The translations under genes and the position numbers were made by a program. Of a stretch of 64,000 nucleotides of DNA, positions 29,498-41,412 are shown one piece after another (the first letter of the stretch is position 1; each line of letters opens with the position of its first letter). The stretch spans positions 4,642 through 68,641 of the forward strand of contig CAVVGF010000076.1 of the NCBI GenBank assembly GCA_963747705.1, in the 5' to 3' direction. The DNA comes from an uncultured Actinomycetes bacterium (GTDB lineage: Bacteria > Actinomycetota > Actinomycetes > Streptosporangiales > Streptosporangiaceae). The notes under the pieces are model-generated. The model made no database searches, had not been told where the DNA came from, and worked only from the letters and a program-made list of their open reading frames with translations.

Positions 29498-29545
29498 GTG
29501 ATCATGACTTTGGTGCGAATCTAGTAGCACCAAAGTCATGATCAC
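29498..29545. repeat. 48-bp palindromic element, copy B (perfect 19-bp arms)
   Basis: GTGATCATGACTTTGGTGC, GAATCTAGTA, GCACCAAAGTCATGATCAC. Lies between convergent stops at 29469 and 29550. Confidence 0.9.
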
Positions 29546-29549
29546 GTTG

Positions 29550-32013
29550 CTATTGATCGAGAATGCGCAGGCGCTGGGGGTCGTAGAGGGGGGCCAACTG
29601 CAGGCGGGCGGGGATGTCGCCGGCCGGGGTGCGCACCCGGAAGCCGCCGGCCTTCAGCCATTCCGCGGTCACCCCGTCCGGGCACTGCACCTGGGCCAGC
29701 CCGACCGGGCCGCCGACCGTGTACCCGTAGGCGGCGGCCCGCACGTAGCCGGCCCACTCATCGCCGAGGAACACCGGCTCGTTGCCGAACAGGTCCACCG
29801 CCGGGTCGTCCACGATCAGGCTCACCACCCGGTGCTCCGGCGGCCGGCCGCCCGCGCGGCCAGCAGCGCGTCCCGGCCGATGAACCCGCCAGGCTTGTCC
29901 CAGGCCACCGCGAAACCGAGCCCGGCCTGGATCGGGTTGTCGGTGTTGTCGATGTCCACGCCCATGTCCCGGTAGCCCTTTTCCAGCCGGAGGCTGGACA
30001 TGGCGGACAGGCCGGCCAGCCGGAAGCCGAGATCCGCGCCCGCCGCCACCAGGTCGTCGTACACCCCGGCCGCGTACTCCACCGGCACGTGCAGTTCCCA
30101 GCCCAGCTCGCCCACGTAGGTGACCCGGATGGCCAGCACCGGCGCGTACCCCACGTAGACCGGCCGGGCGGACAGGTACGGGAACGCTTCGTTGGACAGG
30201 TCGGCGTCGGTGAGCCGGCCGATCAGCTCGCGGGACGCCGGGCCCTGCACGGTCAGCAGGGTGGTGCCGGAGGTGACGTCGGCGACCGTCACCACCTCGC
30301 CCGGCCGGACCGCCCGCCGGATCAGCGGCTCGATCCGGCGGTGGATCAGGTCGCTGGCGATGACCAGGAACTTGTCCGGCTCCAGGCAGGTCACGGTGAC
30401 GTCGGCGACGATCCCGCCGGCCTGGTTCAGCCACTGCGTGTACACCAGCCGGCCCGGGCCCTGCAGCACGTCGTTGGCGGACAGCCGGCTGAGCACGGCG
30501 CCCGCGTCCGGGCCCTGCACCAGCAGCTTGGCCATCAGGCTCATGTCGATCATGCCGACCGCCTCGCGGATGGCGGCGTGCTCCCGCCCGACGATGGCGT
30601 GCGCGGCCGGGCGGCCGAAGTCCAGCCGGGGCGCCGCCGCCTCGCCCGCCGGGTCGAACCACTCGGTGAACTCCCAGCCCGCCGACGTGGCGAAGTGGCC
30701 GCCCGCCGCGGCCAGCCGGTCGTGCAGCACCGACCGGCGCACGTTCCGCGCGGTGGCCGGCTTCCACGACGGCCACACCGCGTCGCCGAACAGCACGCCA
30801 AGCTGCTCCACGGTCCGCTCGGCACGGAACCGCCGCGAGGACTCATACAGCGCGGTCCGGTCGATGGCCACCGGGGTGGCGTCCACCGGCGGCACGCCGT
30901 CGGCGATCCAGTGCGCCAGCATGCAGCCCACGCCGCCGCCGGACAGGATGCCGAGCGAGTTGAGCCCGGCGGCGACGAAGTAGCCGTCCAGTTCCGGGGC
31001 GGGCCCGAGCAGCGGCCGGACATCGGCGGTGAACGACTCCGGGCCGCAGAACAGCGTCCGCACCCCGGTCTCGGCCAGCACCGGTATCCGGGCCAGGGCC
31101 GCTCGAGGAACGCTGCCATCCGGTCCCAGTCCGGGCTGATCTTCCCGAACGAAAAATCATCGGGCACCCGGTCCACCGACCAGGGCGCGCCGACCGGCTC
31201 GAACAGGCCGACCAGCATGCCGTCCCCTTCGGGCCGGTAGTAGCCGTAGTTGTCCGGGTCCTCGATGACCGGCAGGTCCTGGTCCATCCCGGGCACCGTG
31301 TCGGTGAGCAGGTAGTAGTGCTCGGCGGCCTGCAGCGGGACGCTGACCCCGGCCAGCGCGCCGAACTGCCGGGCCCACATGCCCGCCGCGTTCACCACCA
31401 CCTCGGTCTCGATCCGGCCCTGGCCGGTCAGCACGGCGCGGACCCGGCGCCCGTCGAGCTCCACCCCGGTGGCGGCCACGCCTTCGATGATCCGCACGCC
31501 GCGCTGCTGGGCGCCCTTGGCCAGCGCGGTGGCCACGCCGACCGGGTCGGCCCGTCCCTCGTCGGCCACGTAGAACGCGGACAGCACGTCGTCGGTCCGG
31601 GCCAGCGGCCACATGCCCGCCAGTTCCCGCGCGGAGATCTCCACGTCCTCGACGCCGAACCCGTGCATCCAGGCGGCCTCCCGCCGGAGCGCCTCCTGCC
31701 GCTCCGGGCTGGTGGCCAGGGACAGGTGCCCGACCGGGCGGAACCCGGTGGAGTGCCCGGTCTCCGCCTCCAGCTTGGTGTACAGGTCCCGGGAGTACCG
31801 GCTGAAGAACAGTGCGGTCTCGTCGGTCATCCCGGCCGAGGTGATCAGCCCGGCCGCGTGCCAGGTCGTACCGGCGGTCAGCCGGTGCTGCTCCAGCAGC
31901 ACTACGTCCGTCCAGCCCAGCTGGGCCAGGTGGTAGGCGATGCTGCAGCCGGTCACCCCGCCGCCGACGATGACCACCTGAGCCCGGTCGGGCAGCCGCG
32001 GATCGCTCGTCAC
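29550..32013 (-). CDS. FAD-dependent oxidoreductase fused to GcvT-type folate-binding domains (dimethylglycine/sarcosine dehydrogenase family), two apparent frameshifts
   Basis: GTG 32013 follows GGGAG. Motif VVIVGGGVTGCS. Frame joins lie at about 31100 (..AAFLER / ALARIPVLAETG..) and about 29848 (..LLAARAAG / PPEHRVVSL..). Confidence 0.75.
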
Positions 32014-32050
32014 AGTTGCTCCCGTGAGTTTGACTGAACGATTAGTCAAA

Positions 32051-35000
32051 CTATGGCACGGTGACTCCCTGCAGGGCCACCCCCGACGGGTTGGCCGTGG
32101 GGTCCAGCTCGGTCTGCACGTTGACCGTGGCCGGCGGGATCGTGTCCATGACCAGCGGGACCGAACCCGGGTCGGCCGCGCACACCGCGGGCGGCGACGG
32201 CCCGCCCGCCACCGCCGCCGAACACACCCCGAACGTGTAGTCGCCCGGCGTGGCCGTGAACGTGCGGGCGTCGTCGTTGCCGAACCCGTCCTGCCCGGTC
32301 AGTGTGACCGTGAACGTCCAGCCCGAGCCGGGCGTGCCCAGCGTGGCCGTGGGCACGGTGATTGTCACCAGCCCCGGCGTGGCCGATCCGGACGCGCTGA
32401 GCTGGGCCACCGACACCTGCGGCGTGCCCAGGCTGGACGAGGAGGACAGCCCGGAACTGGCCGAGCCCGGGGTGACCCAGTCGTCGGTGCCGAACCCGTC
32501 CACCTCGATCAGCTGGTTCCACGCGTCCGCCGGGGCGATCGAGTAGTTCCACGCCCCGGCCGCCGCCGTCGACTGGGTCTCACCGGCGGGCACGCTGCCG
32601 GTAGGGGCATGAATGTACAGGTCGATGAGCTGCGCGCCGAGCAGCGAGCCGAACGTGGACTGCAGGTTCGCGATCCCGATCTGGAACGACGTGGTCGAGC
32701 CGGAGTTGATCACGGTGAGCCCGGTCAGCCGGAACGAGCCGGGCGCGAACACGGCCGACCCATCGGAGTTCGTCGCGGTCGGGTAGGCGTACGTGCCCGG
32801 CCCGTTGCCGCCACCCGGCGCGGCCGCCGCGCTGAGCACCACGGTGCCCGGGATGTGCAGGTCGGTCACGCTGAACAGCGCCTCGCTGGTCGCGCCGGCC
32901 CGGTCGTCGCCGTGACCTCCACCGAGTCCGTGCCCGGCTGCAGCGTGACCGGCACCGAGAACGCGCCGGACGAGTCCGCCACCGCCGCGGTGATCGTGGT
33001 GGCCGGCGCGGCCGCGCCGGGCGCGGTGCCGGTCGCCACCACCTGCACGGCCGCGCCGGGCGCGGTGGTACCGGTCACCGTGACCGAGGCGGCGTTCACC
33101 GTCACCGACGGGCGGGTCAGGTTGGCCAGCACGTTGCCGCCGCTGACCGTCAGCGGCGCGGTCACCGACAGCGGCGCGGCGGCCGGCGCCCGTCGGAGCA
33201 CGGGCAGGTACCGGTCCGCCACGATCGGCGGCTGCTCCAGCAGGCGGCCCGCCGCCCGGTCCGAGATCAGCCGGAGCAGCTGGGCCTGCGCCCAGGTCAG
33301 CGGGGCGGCCGAGCCGTCGGCCTGGCCGTCGGTGAAGCCGATCGACGCGGTGGCCGGGTCGGCCCCGTACGGCGACGCGGGCACGTCCGGGTAGTTCCAC
33401 ACCTGCTCGGGCACCAGGCCCACGCCGGACGCCGAGTTGAGCATGAAGCTGAGGTCGGCATCGGCCGCGGCCGAGTTGCCGGTGAGGATCTGCTCCTCGG
33501 CGTTCTCCCCGGACAGCACCGGCCACGGATGCCCGGTGCCCTGGTCGCTGGTCGCCCACGGCTGCCCGTTGACCTGGCAGTCCTGGAACACCGAGACTTC
33601 GCAGTCGCCGTACCCGTCGCCGTTGTAGCGCAGGATCCCGGTCCCGGACGGCGTAGCGGCGTCAATGGTGGCCCCGGTGACTTTCAGCGAGTTGGCTACC
33701 AGCGGGTCGCTGGCCGGCAGCTCGCCCAGCCGGACCAGCTCCAGGAAGCCCTGGTCCACCACCGACCGCTGGTCCTGGCTGGCCGTGTTCCCGTTGCCCA
33801 GCGTGTAGGAGAACGCCTGGTCCGGGTCGCCGGTCTTGCCCACCCGGATGAAGTACGGCTGGCTGGACAGCGGCCCGTCGCTGGTCACCGTGGTGGCCAG
33901 GATCAGCCGCCGGAAGTTGTCCGCGGTGGCCAGGAACAGCCGCTGCGACGCGGTGTCGCCCTGCACCCGGGCGATGGCCGCCGCCGCGACCAGGCCCGCC
34001 ACCTCGTCGGCCATGGTGGACGGGGAGAACCCGGTCTGCTCCTCCCAGCGTTCCACCCCGTCGGCCGGGCCGTTGGCCACCAGGAAATCGGCCGCGGGCC
34101 GGATGTGCTGGGTGTACAGCGCGCTGTCGCCGGAAAGCCCGGCCTGCCAGGCCATCAGGATCGGGTCCGCGGTCTCGTCCAATTGCAGCCCGCCGGTGTC
34201 CGGCGCGGCCTGGCCGTTGAGCAGCCCGTTGCGCGGGAACGAGCCGTCCGCCCGCTGCATGTCGTCGAACAGGAACCGGACGATCTGCCGCGCGGTGGTC
34301 AGGTCCCCGTCGGTCAGGAACCCGGTGAACGCCTCGTAGGTGTCCCGCGGGAACACCTCGCGGTAGGACCCGAAGTACGGCGCCAGCCCGTTGCTGGCCG
34401 GCTGCCCGGCCGGTACCGCCTGGCCCCACGGGCTGGACAGCGAGGCCGCGGTGGCACCCGGGAACGTCTTGTCCTCGCTGGCCTTGAGCACGTTGGCGCT
34501 CAGCCAGTACGCGCTGGCCTGGGCCGCGGTCGGCTGGACGCCGCGCCCGCGGGCCGCGCCGCCGGGCGGCAGCAGTTGCGCGTCATAGGCCCGCCAGCCC
34601 GCCTGGTAGGCGGCCAGGGTGGCGGCGAACGGGGCGGCCGACGCGGCCAGCGCGGTGCTGACCGCGGCGTCCTCGGTACCGCCGAAGCCCAGCGCGACCG
34701 TGACCGAGCTGCCCGCCTGGCCCGCGCCGCCGCTCAGCCCGAGCTTGACCGTCTGCACCACATTGCCGTCGTCCGCGTCTGGCGCGCCCGGGGTGAGCGT
34801 GCCGGAGGAGTCGAGCTGGGTCAGCCCGTCGCTGGCGCTGCCGGCGAACCCGGTCTCGACCGCGCCGAACCGGGTGCTGGCGGCCAGCGCCGCGTAGATC
34901 GGCGTGGCGTAACTCCGGTTCACCGCCTCGGTGAACGAGTTGGTCGAGTAGGACAGCGGGACCGGCCCGCGCGCAGTGTTAACAATGGTCGCCGACTCGC

Positions 35001-36139
35001 CGCCGGCGTTGGCTGAGCCACCACCGCCGTGCCCGTTCAGCAGCGGGTTGAACCGCAGGTACACGCTCAGCCCGGACGGCGCGCCGGCCAGCGGCACCAG
35101 GCTGACCTTGATGACCACCGCCTCCGCGGCCGGATCGGTGATGAAGTCGGTGACCAGCTGGAAGTGGTGCGCCGCGTCGGTCGCGGTGACCTGGCAGGCC
35201 ATACCGCTGCTGCCCAGCGAGGACACCGTGTAGGTCATGTCCCGTGGCTGCAGCGCGGTGAACCCGGGACCGGTCACGATCGGGTCCAGGCTCTTCACGT
35301 CGGTGTTGTCGATGGTCGGCGCGTAGGTGTCGGACAGCGTCCCGCCGGCCACCGTGTACCAGGCCTTGGACGCGCTGTCCGCGGCCGTGCCCACGCAGTC
35401 CTTGCGCGCCTCGTCGTAGTACGACATGGCGCCAGGCCCGCCCGCCGCGTCCGCCCCTGTCGTCCCGATGCTCAGGCTGAACACGTGCATGGCCGGCACG
35501 TTCTGGCCCACTGTGTTCGTCCAACCCCGCCGACCGTGGGCAGCGTCACCGAGGTCACCCGGGCGCCCGCGGTCAGCGGGATGGCCGCATAGAACAGGCT
35601 GACCGGGGTGGTCCCGCCCGGATTCCAGCCCGCGGTGGTGGCCAGCAGGTCGGTGCCGGAGGCGGCGCTGGTGTCCACCCAGTCGGCGAACGTGACGGTC
35701 GCGGTGCTGGTGCTGCCGTCCGCGTAGCCGATGGTGAACGTGCCGCTGGTGGACCCGTACGCGGACGCGCCGACCACGCCGAGCACGCTGCCGGTCCCGC
35801 TGACCGCGATCTGCTGGCCGTCGGCGACCACGTTGTCCGGCTGCCCCGGCGGCACGTCCGGCCAGCCGATGCGCAGCCCGTCGTGCAGCAGCGACTGGCC
35901 CGGGACCAGTGCGTCGCTGGCCAGGCCGGCCGCGGCGAACGAGTCACCGATCCCGTCGAAGTTCCCCGCGCCGGCCGTGGCCGCCGTGGTGATCCCGACG
36001 TTGTCGAAGGCCGCCTGCAGGGGCCGGCTGAGGCCGCCACCGCCGGGTTCCCACCGCCCCCCAGCGGGATCAGCATGCTTAACGCCAGAGCGCTGCTTAC
36101 TGCCGCCGCCAGCCGCGCGGTCGGAACGTGGATGCCCAT
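32051..36139 (-). CDS. Secreted GH15 glucodextranase/glucoamylase-like multidomain glycoside hydrolase, three apparent frameshifts
   Basis: ATG 36139 follows GGAGG. Signal peptide ends ..VAASA. GH15 catalytic motifs DPILMAWQ and ERWEEQTGFSPSTMA. C-terminal beta-sandwich domains. Frame joins at about 36021, 35508 and 32900. Confidence 0.75.
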
Positions 36140-36292
36140 GGCCACCTCCGCCGCACATGTTCCCCCCGCGCGGCGCCGGTGAGGAGAGCCGGGGCCAATT
36201 ATTTGCAGATATTTTCGGATCTTTCCCGGCATTGTGGACAACCCCGTCCGCAACACCCCCGGACCTGCGGCTTCGGGACTTATCATGCGGCC

Positions 36293-37668
36293 ATGGGGGT
36301 GCCTGGTTACTTAATGCGGCGCCCCCCATCCTGCGTGGGCCGGGTGGCCGATGGCTCAGCCGGGCCGGCCGCGGCCACGCTGCACACGGTGGCTCTGCAG
36401 ACCGCGGCCCTGGTCCGCTCGATCGGCCTCGGCTACGTGCTCGTCCAGGTGATCATCTGGCGGGAGTTCTTCTTCGCCCACCCGGCCCGGCTATCCGGCC
36501 CGCTGATCGCGATGCTCAGCGCGACTCTGATGGTGATCACCCTGTACCGCGCGGGGTTCACGGTCACCGGCAAATCTCACGGGCGAGGCGGGGCGCGCCG
36601 CAGGCGTGTGCCCGCCGAGCCCGCGTTCGGCGCGGAGCGGCGAGCGGCGGCCGGGGGCAGTCCCCCGGGCGAGCGGAGCGTGGGGTCGTCCCCCCGGATG
36701 ATTGCTGACTCAGCCATCTGTGTGCTGCTGGCGCTGGGGGCCGGGCGGTGTGTGCCGCCGGCCATGCGCGGCGACACCGCGAGCTGGCTGTACATCGCGC
36801 TGGTCGTGCAGGTGATATGCCGGCCTGGTTCGCGCCGGGCTGGCTGGCCGGGCTGGCCGGGCTGGCGTCGGCGGCCGCGTTCTGGGCTGGGGTCCAGCTG
36901 ACCGGGGCGGCCAGCGGCACGTCGCCCGCGGCGGCCGCCGCGTTCCTGCTCTCGGTGACGGTCGCGGTCTGGTGGGGCTACCAGGTGCTGTACCGCCGGG
37001 CCGCGCGGGCCGATGCCGAGCTGGCCCGGGCCGACCAGGAATCCCGGGAGCAGTTCGTGCTGCTGTCCCGCGGCGCGGAACGCCGGGAGCACGAGCGCGT
37101 GCTGCACGACACCGTGCTGAACACGCTGACCGCGCTGGCCCGGCTGGGCAGCGGCCCGGCCGCCGAGGTGGCCGGGCAGTGCAGGCACGACGTCGCGCTG
37201 GTGGAGGACATGCTGGGCGCGGCCGGCGGCCCGGCCGGGGCGGCCCGCCAGCCGCTGGATGGCCTGCGTCTCGCCCTGGACTCGGTGGCCAGCGAGATGC
37301 GCGGCCGCGGCCTGGTGGTGCACGTCGGGGCGCTGCCCGGCGGCACCGCCGGGTACGCGCTGCCGGTGCCGGTGCCGGTGTCCGCCGCCCTGGCGCAGGC
37401 GGTGCGCGAGGCGCTGGCCAACGTGCTCAGCCACGCCGGTACCGGCGAGGCGTGGGTAGACATCGCGGCCACTGAACCGGGGCCGCCGGGCGGCCTCCGG
37501 GTCACCGTGCGGGACGACGGCGCCGGCTTCGACCCGGACCGGGTCGATCCGTCCCGGCTCGGGCTGCGCCGGTCCATCGTCGAGCGCATCGCGGACTGCG
37601 GTGGCCAGGCCGTGGTGCGCTCCGCGCCCGGACAGGGGACCGTGGTGTCCCTGAGCTGGCCATGCTGA
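36293..37668 (+). pseudogene. NarL-type sensor histidine kinase, copy 1 (frame broken by an extra AT at 36815-36816)
   Basis: Multi-TM N-terminus. H-box ERREHERVLHDTVLNTL, N-box REALANVLSHAGTGEAW, G1 VRDDGAGFDP. V(36812) and M(36817) are separated by 2 nt. Confidence 0.7.
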
Positions 37669-38794
37669 GCCAGGACGGACTGGTCCAGCAGACCTATGCG
37701 GCCGGGCTGCCCCGGATGGCCGCCGGGGTGGCTCTGGTCTGGCAGTTCGCCATTCTCGTCCAGGTGCTGGCCTACCGGAACGACTTCCGCCAGCCCGCCA
37801 TCCCGGTGCTGGTCTGGCTGGGCCTGCTCGGGACGGCGGCCTGGCTGCTGCCCCGGGTCCGGGGCAGCAGCCAGCTCGGCCGGGCGGATGCTGCGCTGGC
37901 CATCGCGGTCGCGGTGGCCGCGGTCGCGGTGGTCGGCTGGGAGCGGCGGCTGCACGCCACTGGCGCGGTGGACTGGTCGGTGGCCGGGACCGGCTGGCTG
38001 CTCGCGCTGGTCGCGCTGAGCCGGCGGCCTGGGAATGGATCACTGGGGCGCTGCTGGTGTTCGCCACGCACGCCGCCGTCGCCTACCGGGTGCTCGGGGT
38101 GACCGCGCTCGGCCAGGCCCGGCTCGCGGCCACCGGTTACACGCTGCTGGTCATCCTGGCCGGGTTCGCCGCGCTGCGCCCGGCCATCCGCGCCCAGGCC
38201 CGGGTGGCGGCCAGGCGCGCCACCCTGGCCAGCCAGACCGCGGCGGAGCGGGCCGCGGCCACCGCGATCCAGCAGGACCGGCGCCGCCGGCTGGACGTGC
38301 TGGAGGAAGAGGTGCTGCCGTTGCTGCGCGGCATCGCGGACGGCACGGCCGACCCGGCCGACCCGGCCGTGCAGCGGCGCTGCGGCCAGCGCGCCGACGC
38401 GCTGCGCCGGGCCCTGGCCGACCGGGCCGAGCCGGACGGCGGGCTGCTGGCCGGCCTGGCCCCGGCCCTGAACGCGGCCCACGACCGCGGGCTGCCGGTC
38501 GAGGTCCAGGTCATCGGCGACCCCGGGATCCCGGCGCCCGAGGTGGCCGGCGCGACGCAGGCGGCAGTCAGCGACGTGGTCGGCGCGCTGCCACCGCACC
38601 CGGTGGTGCTTACCGTGCTGGCCTCCGAGGACGAGGTGGAGCTATACCTGACGTTCGAGCAGCCGCCGCCAGGCCCGCTGGACGTGGCCGGACTGCGGCG
38701 GCTGGTGCCGGCCACGGCGGACTGGCGGGCAACGATGGACATCGGTGACGCAGGTGCCGGATTCCTGGCCGTCCGGTGGCGTAAGGCCGCGTGA
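37662..38794 (+). pseudogene. Kinase-like membrane partner protein, copy 1 (frame break at 38028-38029)
   Basis: ATGCTGA overlap with the kinase-1 stop. It is a paralogue of 40228..41412. LSRR / WEWITGALLVFATH joins only if 1 nt is added. Confidence 0.6.
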
Positions 38795-38882
38795 CCGGAA
38801 ATTTGCGCTGCACATCTTTTGAATAAGACATTGTGCTGCAAACCACGCAGCGCGGCCAGGCTGAAGGCCTATCATCGAGCCC

Positions 38883-40234
38883 ATGCGGTCGGCCCGGTCC
38901 TTACCCCTGCACTCCGCGGCCCGGGAGGCCAGCGGGGTAACGGCGGCTGGCCCGGCCATGACCGTGCTCGGCACGATGCTCACCCGGATCGCCGCCATCA
39001 TCCGCGGCGGTGCCGCGGCTTATGTGCTCGTCCAGGTGTTCATCTGGCACGCCTTCTACCGGGCTGACCCGGTTCACTTGTGGGGCCCGGCGGTCGCGGT
39101 GACCTGGGCCGCCGCCGCGGTCTGGTACCTGCGCCACCGCCGCCCCCCGTGGCCGCTGGTCTGCCTGGACTGGGCGGTGTACGCCCTGCTCGCGGTGGCC
39201 GCGGGCGGCTGCGTGCCGGACTCCATCCGCGGCCAGCCGGGCGAGTGGCTGTTCATCGCGGTGGCCAGCGGCCTCATCGTGCAGGTCTGGTTCACCCCGG
39301 CCCGGCTGTCGATGCCGCTGTCGCTGGCTTCCGGGCTGGCGTTCTGGGGCGGCACCGTGCTGGCGCCGGGCAGCAGCACCGCTCGCGGTGCCCGGGCCGC
39401 CACGGTAGTGCTGCTGTTCGTCGTCGTCGTGGTGCACTGGTGCGGCCGCCAGTTGCTGTACCGCCGCGCGCAGCGGGCCGATGCCGCGCTGGACGCCGCC
39501 GACCGGGAAGCCCGGGACCAGTTCGTCATCCTGTCCCGGACCGTCGAACGGCGTGAGCACGACCGGCTGCTGCACGACACCGTGCTGAACACGCTGACCG
39601 CGGTAGCCCGGTCCGGCTCGGCTGGCGGGATCGTCAGCCGGTGCGGTCAGGACCTGACCCGGCTGGAGCGCGCGCTCAGCGAACCCGCTGACCCGGCCAG
39701 GGCGTTCAGCCGGAAGGTCGATGAGCTGGCCGCGGACCTGCACGCGATCGCCGGCGAGATGCGCGCACGGGGGCTGGCCGTGCAGGTGCGGCTGGAGCCA
39801 GGCCCAGTGCCGCCAGGCCCAGTGCCGCCAGGGCCAGTGCCGCCAGGGCCAGTGCCGCCAGGCCCAGTGCAGGCAGGCCCAGCCGTGCCGGTCCCGGTGG
39901 CGGCGGCTATCGCGCACGCCACCCGGGAGGCGCTGGCCAACGTGGCCGCGCACGCGGGCACCGGCGAGGCCTGGGTCACCGTCCGCCCACTGGCCGCGGC
40001 GCCCGGCGCCGAGCCGGGGGTCGAGGTGACGGTGCGGGACGAGGGCGCCGGGTTCGACCCGGCCCGGCTCGGCCCGGCCCGGCTGGGCGTCCGCCGGTCC
40101 ATCACCGAACGGGTCACCGACTGGGGTGGCTCGGCCGCGGTGAGCTCCGCCCCGGGCGCGGGCACGATGGTCCGGCTGTGCTGGCCCGCGCAGCCCGAGC
40201 CAGCGCCGGCGGGCCAGGGGCGGCCCCGTGCTGA
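38883..40234 (+). CDS. NarL-type sensor histidine kinase, copy 2
   Basis: H-box ERREHDRLLHDTVLNTL, N-box REALANVAAHAGTGEAW, G1 VRDEGAGFDP. There is no in-frame stop until 42074. Adding one C to the run at 40224-40227 gives ..GRPPC-stop at 40232-40234, mirroring copy 1 (WPC-stop). Confidence 0.7.
39798..39872. repeat. 15-bp tandem repeat, about 5 copies (CCAGGCCCAGTGCCG), encoding (PGPVP)n inside kinase 2
   Basis: Units at 39798, 39813, 39828, 39843 and 39858. Kinase copy 1 has only ..LPVPVPV.. at this position. Confidence 0.9.
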
Positions 40235-41412
40235 CCCAGGACCGGGCCGCGCTGGCCAGCCGGGCCACCACGGCCGGCGGGGCGGTCGAGGTCGGCACCG
40301 AGTCGGCCGCGCCGCTGTTCGTCGGGGCGCTGGCGGTGATCCTGCCCAGCGGGATGCTCCTCCAGGTGCTGACCACGTTCGGCGACTACCGGCAGCCGCT
40401 GGCCGCGGTGGCGGTGTGGCTGGCCATGCTGCTGGTCGTGGCCTGGCTGGTGCCGCGGTCGCTGGCCTGGGGGCTCACCCGGCCGGAGGCGGTGGCCGCG
40501 ATCCTGGTGGCGGTGGCCGCGCTGACCGCGATCGGCCTGGACCGGAAGGAGCACCTGGCCGCCGGGTCGCCGGACTGGTCGATCCTGGGCACCGTCTGGC
40601 TGCTCGCCCTGGTGGCGCTCAGCCGGTCGGCCTGGCTGTGGGTGCCGGGCGCGGCGCTCGTGTTCGCCGCGCACGCGTTCTTCGTCGTGGACCTGCTCGG
40701 CGCCACCCCGCTCGGGCTGGCCCGGGTGGCCGCGGGCGGCTACGCCATGGCCGTGGTGCTGGCCGTCTTCGCCGCGCTGCGGCCCACCCTGCGCACCCAC
40801 TCGGAGATCGCGGTGCGCCGGGCCGAGCTGAGCAGCGGGTCGGCCGCGGAACGGGCCGCGGTGGCCGCCATCCACAACGACCGCGCGGGCCGGATGGCGC
40901 TGCTGGAGGTGGAAGCGCTGCCACTGCTGCGCGGCATCGCCAATGGCTCGCTCGACCCGGCCGACCCGGCGGTACGGCGGAAGTGCGCCGAGCATGCCAC
41001 CACGCTGCGCCGGGCCCTGGTCCGGCGGACCGAGCAGGCCGACGGGATGCTGGCCGGGCTGGAGCCCGCACTGGGCACGGCCCGCGCCCGGGACATGCCG
41101 GTGGAGATCCAGGTCGTCGGGGACCCGGGCCAGCCCGGCCGCGAGGTGACCCAGGCCACCCTGGCCGCGGTGCAGGCGGTCCTGCAGGCGCTGCGGCTAC
41201 AGCCGGTCATCCTGACCATGCTGAGCGCCGGGGACGAAGTGGAGCTGTACCTGACCTTCCGGCTGACCCCGGCCGACCCGGGCCCGGTGCGGGCCAGCCT
41301 GGCCGGGCTGGGCCAGCCGGTCCCGGCCGCCGCGGCGTGGCGGGTCACGCTGGACGCCGAGCCGGCCAGTTCGGGCTGCCTGGAGGTCAGCTGGCGGAAG
41401 GTGGCCCGGTGA
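40228..41412 (+). CDS. Kinase-like membrane partner protein, copy 2 (no H/N/G boxes)
   Basis: 394 aa starting at GTG, with several TM spans. The cytoplasmic part aligns to the kinase DHp/CA region but reads MALLEVEALPLL where the kinase reads RLLHDTVLNTL. GTGA overlap onto the response-regulator start. Confidence 0.65.
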   Translation: MLTQDRAALASRATTAGGAVEVGTESAAPLFVGALAVILPSGMLLQVLTTFGDYRQPLAAVAVWLAMLLVVAWLVPRSLAWGLTRPEAVAAILVAVAALTAIGLDRKEHLAAGSPDWSILGTVWLLALVALSRSAWLWVPGAALVFAAHAFFVVDLLGATPLGLARVAAGGYAMAVVLAVFAALRPTLRTHSEIAVRRAELSSGSAAERAAVAAIHNDRAGRMALLEVEALPLLRGIANGSLDPADPAVRRKCAEHATTLRRALVRRTEQADGMLAGLEPALGTARARDMPVEIQVVGDPGQPGREVTQATLAAVQAVLQALRLQPVILTMLSAGDEVELYLTFRLTPADPGPVRASLAGLGQPVPAAAAWRVTLDAEPASSGCLEVSWRKVAR

